Source: Octopus sinensis
Taxonomy: Eukaryota
Reading direction: 5' to 3'
Assembly: GCF_006345805.1 (NCBI RefSeq)
Contig: NC_043015.1
Span: forward strand, 27,528,001-27,592,000
DNA: 64,000 nucleotides
Below, in pieces: positions 1 to 12,400 of the stretch. The notes under the pieces were generated by a model. The model did no database searches. It was not told the DNA's origin and saw only the letters and a program-made list of their open reading frames with translations. The stretch's first letter is position 1. Every line of letters starts with the position of its first letter. The translations under genes were made by a program, and so were the position numbers.

Positions 1-2160
1 GCTTGCTCAAAACAGTTAATGAGCCCTTGGAGGGCTTCTTCTGTGTGTGTTACCAGAGCGGCATCATCAGCAAATAACATCTCCTTGATCAGGGCGTTTC
101 TGATTTTGGTCTTGGCACGCAGGCGCGAGAGATTGAACAGTTTCCCGTCACTTCTACTGTGCAGAAACACTCCATCATCTGATGTCTGAAAGGCATGTGA
201 AAGTAAGAGCGAGAAGAAGATGCCAAACAATGTAGGAGCGAGGACACAATCTTGCTTTACCCCGTTTTTTATTTGGAAGGCGGCTGATGTTGAACCGTTG
301 TGCTGTATGGTGCCTTGCATGTCATCATGGAAAGACTTGATGATCCTCAGCAGCTTTGGTGGACATCCGATTTTTTGGAGCAGGATGAAGAGGCCTGTTC
401 TGCTTACCGAGTCAAAGGCCTTTGTTAGATCAATGAAGGCCATATATAATGGCATTTTCTGCTCTCTGGACTTCTCCTGAAGTTGGCGTATGGAGAATAT
501 CATATCGATAGTTGATCTGTTTCTTCTAAAGCCACACTGCGATTCCGGATAGATTCGAGAAGCAAGTAGTTGTAGCCTGGCCAGGGTAACGCGGGCAAAG
601 GTCTTTCCAACAGTGCTTAGAAGGGATATACCACGGTAATTGTTACAATCACCATGGTCACCTTTGTTTTTGTAAAGCGTGATGATGTTAGCATCCCACA
701 TATCCTGAGGGACTGTACCCTCTTCCCAGCACTGACACAGAAGCTCGTGAAGGTGCCGAAGCAGGATGGTGTTTTTGCCGGCTTTGATGATCTCTGAGGG
801 GATGCTGTCTTTTGCCGGAGCCTTATTTCTTGCTAGGGAGTCAACAGCCTTGGTGAGCTCTGCTATAGATGGTGGACTGTCAAGTTCGCACATGACTGGC
901 AAGATCTTAACACTCTCGACTGCAGCCTCAGCCACTGTAGTCTCCCGTAAGTAGAGATCCTGGTAGTGCTCCACCCATCTATCCATTTGCTTGCCTTGAT
1001 CCCTGATGAGATCTCCAGTAGTTGATTTCAGAGGGGCTGACTTAGTTGCGGATGGACCGAGGGCCTTCTTCAAACCGGCATACATCCCACGGGTGTCGCC
1101 CCTGTCAGCAGCTGACTGGATACTCTGACAGATTTCCTGCCAATACCTATTTGCACAGCGTCTAGCTGTCAGTTGGGTTTTATTTCGTGCCTTTCTGAGT
1201 TCTTCAAGTGACTTTGTAGAAGAGTCACTCTTGTATTGCATCAGAGCTGCACGCTTTGCTTCGATAACTGGCTCCAGCTCTAAGAGCCCAGCATTGAACC
1301 AATCTGGGTTTTGCCTTTCTCTCGTGCCGAAAGTATCCATTGATGTCGTATACAAGGCTTCCCTGATATAGTCCCACCTACTTTCAGCAGAGGAGGTTGG
1401 GCAGCTACTGAGGGCAACCTTGATAGAAGCAGCAAAACATTTTCGCAGTGTAGGGTCCGAGGTTCTGGCGGTGTTGATGCGTGGTCGGCCCACTTTCTTG
1501 GAGCGATGGACTTTTTTAGGCAGAATCCTCACCCTACTTCTAATTAGTGAGTGGTCTGTGTCACAATCTGCGCTGTGGTAACTGCGGGTCAGTAGAGTAG
1601 AATTCAGAAAGGATCTCCGTGTAATGATGAGATCCAGTTGATGCCAGTGGTGAGATCTTGGATGTCTCCAGGATGCCTTGTGGGATGGCTTCTTGGTAAA
1701 GAATGTGTTTGTGATGCACAGGTTGTGGTATGTGCAGAATTCGAGTAGTCTCTGACCATTGTCATTCATGTTGCCAATACCAAAGTGTCCAACACAAATG
1801 GGCCACGAATCATGGTCAGATCCCACGCAAGCGTTAAAATCCCCTAGAAGGTAGATATTTTCAGTCGTTGGTATATTTTCTATGACACAGTTGAGATCTT
1901 AGTAGAACTGGTCCTTGGTCTCCTCTGAGCTGTAGAGAGTGGGAGCATAGATGCTGAGTAGATGTACTGAGCCAGAAGAAGTCGAGAGGCGCAGTGAGAG
2001 GATACGCTCAGTGCCTTCCGATGGTGGTCCTATTGAGGAGAGTAGTGAGTTTCTCACTGCAAAGCCAACGCCATGTTGGCGAGGTTCTTCTGGATCTCTT
2101 CCCTGCCAAAAGAAGGTGAAATCCTGCTCTTTGAGTTTGCCGTTTGAGAGAAGTCTTGTC
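1..2160 (-). mobile_element. RTE-clade non-LTR retrotransposon, APE endonuclease plus RT, 5'-truncated, runs off the window start
   Basis: Manual translation of the minus strand gives one frame from 2159 to 1: TRL..YAPT..GDFNA..TNTFF..SWRHPRSHHWHQLDL..DCDTDHSL (APE), then KAPAKD..NYRGISLLS..QCGFR..FIDLTKAFD..GVKQDCVLAP..GKLFNLSRLRAKTK..EMLFADDAAL (RT). The only stop is TAA at 1899-1901. Confidence 0.95.
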
Positions 2161-2199
2161 TATATATATATACGTATATATATATACATATATATATAT

Positions 2200-2255
<56 letters not shown>

Positions 2256-2262
2256 TATATTA
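2161..2262. repeat. (TA)n microsatellite
   Basis: Direct reading. Confidence 0.95.
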
Positions 2263-2925
2263 TTGCGATGTTTCGGTTGTCGTAGCACACGTTTCCGTCG
2301 ATTTCCTCTGTCGATTGTCGATTTCCGTAAAAAACTTTTATTTTTTTACATAAGTAATGAGAGCGAAAGAGACTAAGAGGAAGCGATTTTATGACGAGGA
2401 AATTTCTCTTTGAAGTCCCCGTGTGTGTGTTTGATGGGGTGTGGGAGACAGACAGTATGTTGTGTAAGTGAAGTGCTTCTGTTAGTGTATGCGAAGAGAC
2501 AGAGAGAGTAATGTGTGAAAGAGAGAGATAACTGAAATTTTTTAGTCAGTGTATGTGTATATGTATGTATGCATGTATGTGTGTGTGTGTATGTATCTAT
2601 GTATGTGTGTGTGTGTATGTATCTATGTGTGTGTGTAAGTATGTATGTGTGTATGTATCTATGTATGTGTGTGTGTATGTATGTATGGCCGATTCAGTGT
2701 AATTTTTTACTCGGTGTATGTGTATATGTATGTCTGCATGTATGTGTGTGTGTGTATGTATCTATGTATGTGTGTGTGTGTGTAAGTATGTGTGTGTGTA
2801 TGTATGTGTGTATGTATGTATGTATGTATGTATGTATGTATGGCCGATTCAGTGTTTACATTTTTTACGGAAATCGACGGAGGAAATCGACGGAAACATG
2901 TGCTACGACAACCGAAACATCGCCA
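2263..2925. mobile_element. MITE with ~65-bp terminal inverted repeats, TA-flanked, with a (TATG/TG)n core
   Basis: TTGCGATGTTTCGGTTGTCGTAGCAC..GATTTCCGTAAAAA at 2263-2335 is the inverse of TTTTTACGGAAATC..GTGCTACGACAACCGAAACATCGCCA at 2861-2925; TA on both sides. Confidence 0.8.
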
Positions 2926-3530
2926 TATACATATATATATACATGCGCATACAAAATTATATGCGTATAAGTATATAAATCAGACAATTAGAATATAGTT
3001 ATTACTTTATACATCTTCGTAAAGCGAACAAATTCAATTTTAAAATCCAAAAGAGTAATTCCAAACTTTATGTCAAAGCAGAATTTAATCTACAATGTTT
3101 ATGCTTCTGTTTTAGGCATATCAAAGATTTTAAAAATATATTGGGGGTTAGGGAGCGGTCATTTTAAATCATAAGCTATTTCCAATTGGCTAATTCGTTT
3201 GAACTTATCCACTTGATCTGTTGTAAACAATAGGAGGTCAGATTATTAGTTAAATCATATTAGTTTATCTAAACTAAATAAGTGGTTATATAAAAGTCCA
3301 TTCATTTGTATGCAAAGACTTGGATAGATATTTACAAAAAACAGACAACTATATCTCCAATCGTATTTTATACCATCGAAATGCATTTGCACTCACATAC
3401 ATAGCTACGCATACGTAAACCAATATGCATACGTTGCACACCGTAAACGTACATCCAATGCATCAATTCACATATACACAAGCATACATTCATACATATG
3501 AATGAAAATACTCTCGCATACCGTCAATAA

Positions 3531-3575
<45 letters not shown>

Positions 3576-3946
3576 GAAAAAATCCCACGGTCCCTCTTAC
3601 AATCCACATAAACGGACATATATACACATTCAAACAAACATACATACATACATACACACACACATATCCGTACACCTATGTTCATACACCTACATTCCTA
3701 CATCAATAATATACTGATGCCTACAAAATTAACTCTATTAATAAGAATGTCTACAATTATGCATGGATAGATAATTACAAAAAGCAAACATAAGTAGCTC
3801 CAATCAGATTTTATACTATCAAAATACTTTGTACTCACATACATATTTCCGCAAACGTAAACAAATATATATATATGTTAAAGACTATAAACATACATCC
3901 ATTGAATACATATATATATATATACATACATACATACATACATACA

Positions 3947-3977
<31 letters not shown>

Positions 3978-4087
3978 TTATGTATATTTGGATATTTGTT
4001 TATTGTTTATTTGTATATATTAAGTAATACGTGCAGCATGTTTAGTATATTAATATTATTATTAATATTTTTAAAGTTAATTATAAC

Positions 4088-4220
4088 CTCTGACGAGGCC
4101 TATGGTTCTTTTAACATATAAGTCTTATATTTTTTTAAGTGCCTACAACTCTAGTATGTTGATATCTATAGGCAATGAAAATTAGATTCCCTTTTGAACA
4201 TAGGCTGAAACAGCTGTAAG
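4088..4220 (+). ncRNA. Type I hammerhead ribozyme motif (family A) with long helix II
   Basis: CTGACGA 4090-4096; helix II GGCCTATG/CATAGGCT; GAAA 4207-4210; palindromic helix III ACAGCTGT; GTA 4216-4218; only a 2-bp helix I; AATAAA at 4222-4227. Confidence 0.65.
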
Positions 4221-4759
4221 AAATAAATTCAGGATTTCATTAATTTATAATTTGACTTTTAAAATCTGCATTTGTATTATTATCTTATCTATTTATTTAT
4301 ATAATATTTTGTATGCTTTTGATGCATTTGTAAAATGAATAAATAATCTAACAATATAATATCCGTAAGTTGATGAACAAACTAAATTTGTTTTTCCATT
4401 TTCTTATTTGTATTATATATATATATATATAAATTTATAAATAAGGATAATATCGATATTTAAATATCGATCTTATCAAGTGGCCAGCATGGCAATAAAT
4501 ACCATACAAAGGTAATAATAATTTAAAACTATAAATTAAGGTATCTGAGATATACCACCATGCTGAAATAGCAGTCAAACCCTGATCTTAAACCACCTTA
4601 AATGTTCATATCTCGCCATGTGAGAAGACAGGGAGACAAATAAACTAGCAAAGAAGATGTTACTGGATAATTCAAGATCCTGCATTTCTGGCTTTGCTTC
4701 AGAGAAGCTCTGCCTTTTTCAGTTATATATATATACATATATATATCTACACTGGTATG

Positions 4760-5216
4760 GTCATATGTTGCATATGGATGAGGACAGCTGTGTGAAGAAG
4801 TGTCACACCCTAACAGTGGAGGGAACCTGTGGAAGAGGTAGATCCAGGAAAACTTAGGATGAAGTGGTGAAGCAGAGCCTTTGAACATTGGGCCTCACAG
4901 AGGTAGTGACAAGCGACCGAGATCTTTGGAAATATGCTGTGCTGTTGAATCTAGTGAAGTTGTAGTTGTGGCTGATGCCAGTGCTGCCTGACTGGCTCCC
5001 ATGCTGTTGGCATGTAAAAAGCACCATTCGAGCATGGCTTCCATGCCGATGGCACATAAAAAGCACCCACTACACTCTCAGAGTGGTTGGCATTAGGAAG
5101 GGCATCCAGCTGTAGAAACTTTACCAGATCAGATTGGAGACTGGTGCATCCTCCTGTCTTGCCAGTCCACAGCATGGAAAGTGGACGTTAAACGATAATG
5201 ATGATGATGATGATGA
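4760..5216 (+). mobile_element. RTE LINE 3' fragment with (ATG)n tail
   Basis: WYGHMLHMDEDSCVKKCHTLTVEGTCGRGRSRKT, followed by the same 3' UTR as the 20598-24385 element. Confidence 0.85.
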
Positions 5217-6858
5217 TATATATTTGAAGGCTAAACATATGCTAGAAATCATTTTCTAGACAGGCATGAATAATATTATTATAACATCAAAATAAATGTT
5301 GCCCTTTACATATAGCAATTTGTAATGAATGACATTTAATGTAATGTGTGTGTTCATGCATGTGTGTATGTGTGAGTTGTGTATCCATATTTGTCTAAGA
5401 ATTAAATTTCTTGGAAGATTTACTCCTTGATGGACTGTAACTCCCTAAGGAGATGTAACCCAGTCAGTGGACTTAGCCTGCAATACAAGCACAATCAATC
5501 AGGCGAGTACTAGAATAAGAACTGTGTTTGACATAATAGATTAAAAACCCTTGAAAATGGTGCCTCAACATGGCTGCAGTCCAAAATTTAAACCAGTAAA
5601 AGGATAACAGAATACACATGGAAAATTACCAATGAAGAAAAATTATTCATTATTTACAACTATGTTATATAAGAGTACTACAAGATTATAACATTTTCAT
5701 GCAATCTGTAAACTCAAATTGTTTTGAGATCGAAGTTGTAGGCAATGCAACCTTTATAGATTGGATACTTTTATTTAGTGATTTGACAGTCAAGTTCTTT
5801 GCCATCGACTAATGAGCAGTGGAGATAATGAAATATAAACTATTGATTTATCAGTTTGAAAGCAAATACTTTGTAAAACTAGTTAGCTGTGACACAAGAA
5901 GGTAATTAACTGAAAAATAAAATGAAGCATTTGCTAGTTAAGAAAATCTCTACAATTATGCTGTTTCATGAGTTACTTGAAGAGCACCTCTCTCTTGCTG
6001 TATTTTTTCCATTCTCTTATATTGAAAATATGAAAAAGAAACCATTATCTCTGGTTTAAAGATATCTTCTTCCCTTCTTTCCATCAGTTTTAAAAGCCTT
6101 GAGAAAGATTTAATCAGCACAATGTTTACTTTCTTGACTAAACTATAAAAAACCCACTAAAAAGCAAACTACAGTTAATGAAAAATACATAGGTATAATT
6201 AACAGATATTGTTGTCAATTTAATCAATAAGCCAATGTTTAGTGACAGAGGTAAGAAGAATTCGACTAAGTACTCAATTTTTGTAAAAAATAGTCCATCT
6301 AATCAACTTTGAAATGAGAGAGTTGAAAAGAGCTAGATATGTACAATTTTAATTTTGGTCACATAGATCAGCGTGAATATGAAGTAAACAAGTTTAATGG
6401 CAATGAATATGAAGTAAACAAGTTTAATGGCAATCAGCAAGAAACAACAATAAAAAAAAATTGGTGGGTAATCTAAATGAGCAGACACAAAAGATGATAT
6501 ACGCAGGATATATGCAAGTAGAAAGCAGGAGACATGAAGTAGACATCAAAGGGCATAAAAATTCCTTCCAAAAAGAGTCGAATATTTATAATAATATAAA
6601 AAAAATACATTTATAGTTAAACCAGAAAAAGATTATTAAAATGGTCAAGTCTGTGAGATAGATCTAAAACATGGATATTAATGAAAGTACTATCAAGTAA
6701 ATTATAAGTCTTTGAGATGTGAGCATATGCAAGACTTGAGATTTTCATGCACAGAACTCAAAACCAATGATAAAGTACTGAAATGGATGAAAATTAAGAA
6801 AATTTTATGAGAAACCATCAAAAAGAAAAACCAAGAGGCATATGCACATACATACATG

Positions 6859-6904
<46 letters not shown>

Positions 6905-6965
6905 TAGCGGAAACACTGCCTCCAGGCAGTTTTCTGCTAGCTACTCGATAATATTTTTACATTTA

Positions 6966-7180
6966 AAGGAGGAGAGCTGGCAGAAATGTCAGCATGCTGG
7001 CAAAATGCTTAGTGGTATTTCATCTGTCTTTATATTCTGAGTTCAAACTCTGCCAAGGTCAACTTTGTCTTTCATCTTTCAGGGTCAATAAATTAAGTAC
7101 CAGTGTGTACTGGGTTGATCTAATAGACTGGTCCCCTTCACCAAATTTTCAGGCCTTGTGCCAAGAGTAGAAAAGAATAT
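6966..7180 (+). mobile_element. tRNA-derived SINE inserted in the Helitron
   Basis: Head GAGCTGGCAGAA..GAGTTCAAACTC (A/B-box-like); related copy at 38478-38690. Confidence 0.65.
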
Positions 7181-7542
7181 TTCCACATTTGATTCCCAAT
7201 TCTAATAATTTTTATGATATTTTACATCTAATTACTTCTTTGTATAACAGTGCTCACTTGCTTAGTAAATATTGCTTTCATTATGGACAGATGAATGGAT
7301 GGTTGGACGGACACACTCACACACACTCACACACACAAAAGTCTGGTGTTGTAAAAGTACAAGGGAATGACGTTTCCTTACTTTTTCAAATATACCCAAA
7401 TTTAAAATGATCTAATATAATGATATTATTTATGTGTTAAAATATGCCAACACAATTTAATTGCACACAAATATATGTTACTTTACATATAATTTATGTG
7501 TTGATTCTATTTACTGAAACTTGCTAAAAACCCTATTTTGCT

Positions 7543-8510
7543 TTAAAGTAGTATCTCCTTGTAGACGCAATTGTCAGTAATCATACTGTTTCCATTTCTC
7601 TCAACCAATATTTTTACATTAGCCTTTTTTCGAACTCTAGATAATGTAACATACAGCTGACCTTGTGAGAAGAATTGTGTCAGAAGATATATTCCAATTT
7701 GGTCAAAAGTCTGTCTCTGTGCCTTGTTGCATGTCAAGGCAAAAGCTGGCTTGACAGGAAATTGATTGCATGTAAATATAAGTGGAAATTCCATTTCTTG
7801 AGATACATGTGGTATTCTTGGGGTTAGAAGAGTTGATCCTGCATAAGGGCCAGAAGCAACCTCAGCCTCAATAACATGATCATGTAAACTGACAATGACG
7901 TACTGTGTGCCATTGCAATGTCCATCTAAATTTCTCAGAAGCATTTTGCACCATTTTTTCTTCAGTTTGAGAATGTGTGGTGGAAACCCTGATGGTGTAA
8001 GTTTGTTGATGAACTCGATTGGGTACAAAGTTTCATTATCAACTGTATCTGAGCTTCTGTATATTTTTAGCTCACAAATTGTGCTGCTTCATTTGTTGGA
8101 GTAACAATGATTCTATTTTCAAGCCACACAGGGTTTGTGAAGTTATTTTTGAGGTCAGCATATACAAAATCACATAGATCTGAAAGCGTACCACTTTCAA
8201 AGCAAGGGTCATTGGGTAGTTTGATTTTGAATTCACCTAGGCTTTGTTCAACAGAAATGTTTCCATTTCCTACATCAAGAGGGTAATTAGCAAACTCTCT
8301 TTCATCAGAATGACCTTCTGTAAGAAGTCTTAAATTGGTTGTCAACTCCACTACTTCCACATGATCGCAAAGAAAAGATCTCTTTAGTGTTGCATCAGCA
8401 ATTTGTGATCTGACACCATTGTTTTGAAGTAGAATATTCTCCTCTCGAGATGCCCTAAACCAGTCGGTTATGTGTAGTGGAAACAGAATCATGTCTATGT
8501 CTACGTGCAT
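7543..8510 (-). pseudogene. Helitron PIF1-like helicase C-terminal remnant, in two ORF pieces
   Basis: PSGFPPHILKLK..MLLRNL..GHCNGT..PRIP..QFPVKPAFALTCNKAQRQTF..FSQGQLYVTLSRV..TDNCVYKEIL* is the classic Helitron helicase ending. Confidence 0.92.
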
Positions 8511-9120
8511 ATTTAAGTATCTGTTTCAGTCACTTTGCCCTGGTTTCAACTGATTGAGTTGCTCACCTTTCTCTCTGCCTTTGTACCTTTGCTGCTAAAT
8601 TTTCTTTTTCAGTTGCATATTATATATAAAAGAAAGGTCATTAAAAGCTATCTTGTTTAGCATGCTAAAAATAGCAGCAATCACATAGTTATTATTGTAA
8701 GGCTTATAGCATTCCAAGTAGCCAAACCAACAAAATCTCTTCTTCATTTAAAAAAAAAGATTATACCGATATATTAAAGAATTTTCATTTAATTGAAAAT
8801 ATTCATTTAACAAACTCTGGAAACTGATAATATTCTTAAAATTGTGTCTCGTATCAAAGTTGTATAGCTTTTATTAAATTATCATTAATGAAAATAGAGG
8901 CGAGTAAGAATGAGAGACTCTAGCAAATAAAAAAGTAAAATATTGCCTGCAACAAATTAATAGTATTTATTATTAAACGTTAAAATTTGCTCTGCAGTGA
9001 ATGCAATGAATATTTAAATTTGCGAGAATTTGGAGTTAAAAAAATTCAATAAACTTCAGAAATCGAAATTATAGGCAAATTCTTAGAACATGAATTTATA
9101 AAAATATTCCTTTCTCCCTT

Positions 9121-9750
9121 CATCATCATCATCATCATCCATCATTTTGAATCCAGATTTTATCCCCGTTAATGGGGGTGGCCAGATCTACCTCAATGCC
9201 ATAGCAACCATCCTCACACCATCTCACCATCTTGCCTGGTTTTGGGCATCCTCCCTTCTCAAGCCAACCCTCCCAATCTCTTCCTCCTCCACCTCTTCCC
9301 TCCACATTTTCCTCAGTCTACCTTGCTTTTGCTGTCCATTTACCTCAAACCCTAGCACCCTCTTTAATACATGCTTCTCATCCCTCCTCGATACATCCCC
9401 ATACCACCGCACTCCATTCACCCTTACCAGCTGTTCCACTAATTCCTCCAACCCCAGCATCCCCATCAAGTCCTCAGTCCTCCTTTTATCAAACAGACTC
9501 ATGCCACACATTTCTCTCACCATTGCTCTCTCAATCCTTCTCAAAATTGCTTTCTCTCTCAAATACCATGTCTCTCTCCCATAGATCATTGCAGCTCTCA
9601 CACAACTCTTATAGACCTTTCTTTTCATCTTCAATGAGCACCTTTTCCCATATAATAATGCTCCACATCTCCTGAACATCTCCCAGCCAAGTCTTGCTCT
9701 TGCTGTCACAGCTGCTCCACATCCACCATTTACATCCACCCTATCTCCAT
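9121..9750 (-). mobile_element. RTE LINE 3' fragment (second subfamily)
   Basis: ORF 9224-9739 GGCGAAVTARARLGW..KVYKSCVRAAMIYGRETW..RWYGDVSRRD; (ATG)n tail at 9121-9145. Confidence 0.85.
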
Positions 9751-9754
9751 TATA

Positions 9755-10880
9755 GTATAGATATCAAAACAAAGAGGGATTAATAAAGAATCAACAATCC
9801 AGGCGAAACTCTTTTTAATCTCTTTGTATATAAAAAAACACCAGGTTAACAAAATATTCTTGTGATCAGTATCGTTCTCCAGGTAATAACTGTCCAGTAG
9901 GAGGCCAATGCAAGGCTGAAGGGTTCATCTATGAGACTTCATAACAATAGTAATGTAACATTGAACAGCAATATTATTAGCAGATTAACAAGGTCATACA
10001 CCAATACAGTTACCATGCCCAAAGATGATAACCAAGCTAGGACCAGTATCACAGAGTGCATCACCAAAGACCCTGGTACCACCGTCATGGATAATGAACA
10101 AACCATTGATGCAGATAGAGTCACCAGGATCACAATGTATGTGAAGACTAATACAAATGGTGCACCTAGAAATAATGATCTATCCAGAACCAATGACTTG
10201 GAGGAGGTATCTGCCATTTCTAGTTCTGCCACCTCAGATGAAGACTAAACACTCATCTTTGACACCAATGGGATGACCAACACCACACTGTATGTTACCA
10301 GGAATGCGAATAGGGCCACATCCCATGTGTATAAATATATTGGTTCAGTGAGAACTTCATTCAAGAAACGTTTTCTTAACCATCAGTCATCCTTCAGAGT
10401 CCCAGAAAGACAATTTGTCATGTCCCTGGCCCACCATGTGTGGCACCTCAAAGATCAAGGGACCCCATGTGATATCAGGTGGAAATTAATTGATTATCCA
10501 GGTCCATATAGTAATGGAAGTGGCCGTTGCAAGATCTGCATTGCTGAGAGAACCAAAATTCTTAAGGACTATAAGAAGCCTGGTGCCATAAACAGCCATA
10601 ACGAAGTCTTTTCTGAATGTATCCATTTCCAGCGCTACTTACTAGAAAATTGGATCTCCCTATTTACTCGTTAGGCCTCTCCAAGTCAATAAAGGTTTTT
10701 TCCCTCTGATTAAGGGGAAATAATCTGTCCTCATTAATGTTTTTTTCATATTCCTCGAGTTCTGAGCATTTCCTCATGTCTGCGATGTAGATATTTTAAA
10801 ATTTTGTATTTGTATAGAGTCTGAGGAGCTGTCCACATGGCTTTGGCTTTGTGGGTGCAAAACTTTGGGGAACTCTATAT
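9755..10880 (+). mobile_element. Penelope-like element (Neptune-type) 3' fragment: GIY-YIG endonuclease plus pLTR
   Basis: NCPVGGQCKAEGFIY..YKYIGS..FKKRFLNHQSSF..LAHHVWHLK..IRWKLI..CKICIAE..INSHNEVFSECIH; relic hammerhead downstream. Confidence 0.85.
10813..10879 (+). ncRNA. Degenerate type I hammerhead (family B) in the PLE pLTR
   Basis: Perfect 8-bp helix I TATAGAGT/ACTCTATA; CTGAGGA at 10821-10827; but AAAA replaces GAAA and GGA replaces GTH. Confidence 0.6.
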
Positions 10881-10889
10881 AAAATTTTG

Positions 10890-11742
10890 TTAAGAAGCAT
10901 GCAGCATGCAGGAGAGACATTTGCGTTGGTATGGTCATGTACTACGGATGGATGAGGAGAGATGTGTGAACAAGTGCCACTCCCAAACTGTTGAAGGAAT
11001 CTGGGGTAGAGGTAGACCCAGGAAGACATGGGACGAGGTGGTCAAGCATGACCTTCGTACGTTGGGCCTCACAGAGGCTATGACGAAAGACCGAGACCTC
11101 TGGAGATATGCTGTGACTTCAAAGACCCAACAAATGAAGTGAGTTCATGGCTTGCAGAATGGCCTGCTGGGCTTGAGGAAACCTATTGTGTTAAGTACAT
11201 CAACATCAAAATAAAAATCAAATGGATATTGTAGTTGTGATACCCATGCCGGTGGCACATAGGGCCTCACAGAGAAAATGACGAAGACCAAGACCTCTGA
11301 GATATGCTGTGACTGTGAAGACCCGACAAATGAAGTGAGTTCATAGCCCACAGGACTGCCTGGTATGCTAACCTTGGATCACAGAGTGACCCGCTGTTCT
11401 TGAGGAGACCTATTGAGTCAAGAACATCAACACCAACATTGAAATAAAAATCAAATGGAAATTGTAATTAAGATACCCGTGCCGGTGACGTGTAAAAAGC
11501 ACCGTCCGAACATGGCAGATGCCAGTGCCGCCTGACTGGCATCTGTGTTGGTAACATATAAAAGCACCAACCAATCATTGCCATTTGCCAGCCTCCTCAG
11601 GTCCCTGTGCCAGTGACATGTAAAAAGCGCCCACTACACTCACAGAGTGGTTGGGCATCCAGCTGTAGAAACACTGCCAGATCAGACTGGAACCGTCCAA
11701 CCCATGCTAGCATAGAAAACGGACGTTAAACGATGATGATGA
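10890..11742 (+). mobile_element. RTE LINE 3' fragment with duplicated end of ORF and 3' UTR
   Basis: MQERHLRWYGHVLRMDEERCVNKCHSQTVEGIWGRGRPRKTWDEVVKHDLRTLGL; tail (ATG)n at about 11732. Confidence 0.85.
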
Positions 11743-11761
11743 TATATATATATATATATCA

Positions 11762-11822
<61 letters not shown>

Positions 11823-12127
11823 TGAGTTCCACTCTAGCTACCAACAGAAAGTGATAGAGTATGAATGGTATTGGTGAAAGAATTGCTGGTTTGGTAACTA
11901 TATTCATATAAACTTGTAATTCAAATATGTCTTGCTTTGTATAAGAAGATACTGTGAAATGTTTTTAGAGATGGTTGGAAATGAGACACCCTATTTCTGT
12001 GACAGTGTCACTCATTTGCAACTATCATACAATGTGAAGATAAGGAGACACAACCATGCCCACACACTCATTTATGTACACATAAAATCTCCTCCAGTTC
12101 TCAAACTGTAGTGTAAGTGTGATTATT

Positions 12128-12400
12128 GTCAACATCATCATCATCCTCATCATTTAGCATCTGTTTTCCATGCTGGTATGGATTAGACATTTTGGCTAGA
12201 ACTGGTAAGCCAGAGAGCTGCATCAAGCTTCAGTCTGTTTTGGATTGGTTTCTTGAGTTGGATGCCCTTCCTAATACCAAACACTCCACAGAATATAGTG
12301 AGTGCCTTTTATGTGTGACTAGCATGGGGGTCTTTTACTGTCATTAGTACTGGCCATGACTAGAGGTGTCTTGTCAAACATAGGAAATTGACAAACGGTC
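12128..12400 (-). mobile_element. RTE 3' UTR/tail fragment
   Basis: (ATC)n followed by TTTTCCATGCTGG..GATGCCCTTCCTAA motif shared with the other RTE tails. Confidence 0.7.

Larger units (their letters stand above)
6904..8633 (-). mobile_element. Internally deleted Helitron
   Basis: 3' end is hairpin ACTGCC-TGGA-GGCAGT then CTAG|T at 6904-6907; helicase remnants lie inside; putative 5' end TCTTTTATATATAAT at 8633 is preceded by T rather than A, so it is less certain. Confidence 0.7.

Noticed and set aside
1951-2998. ORFs rich in YI/IY/VC/MY repeats (also at 18122-19584, 24770-25076, 30441-31178, 63652-63975)
   Set aside because: Translations of (TA)n, (TG)n and (TATG)n microsatellites, not proteins
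3000-3400. Possible decayed GIY-YIG (KYIGG..LNHK) upstream of hammerhead A
   Set aside because: Too short and too interrupted to support without an alignment
6373-6433. Short tandem duplications (~30 bp here; ~21 bp at 50690; 19 bp x3 at 49567; ~75-bp direct repeat at 37933/38371)
   Set aside because: Ordinary slippage products with no further structure seen
10246-10248. In-frame stop in the PLE ORF as possible selenocysteine recoding; likewise TGA at 22491-22493 in the RTE
   Set aside because: The first is TAA; the second sits where related RTEs have Arg and is best explained by CpG decay
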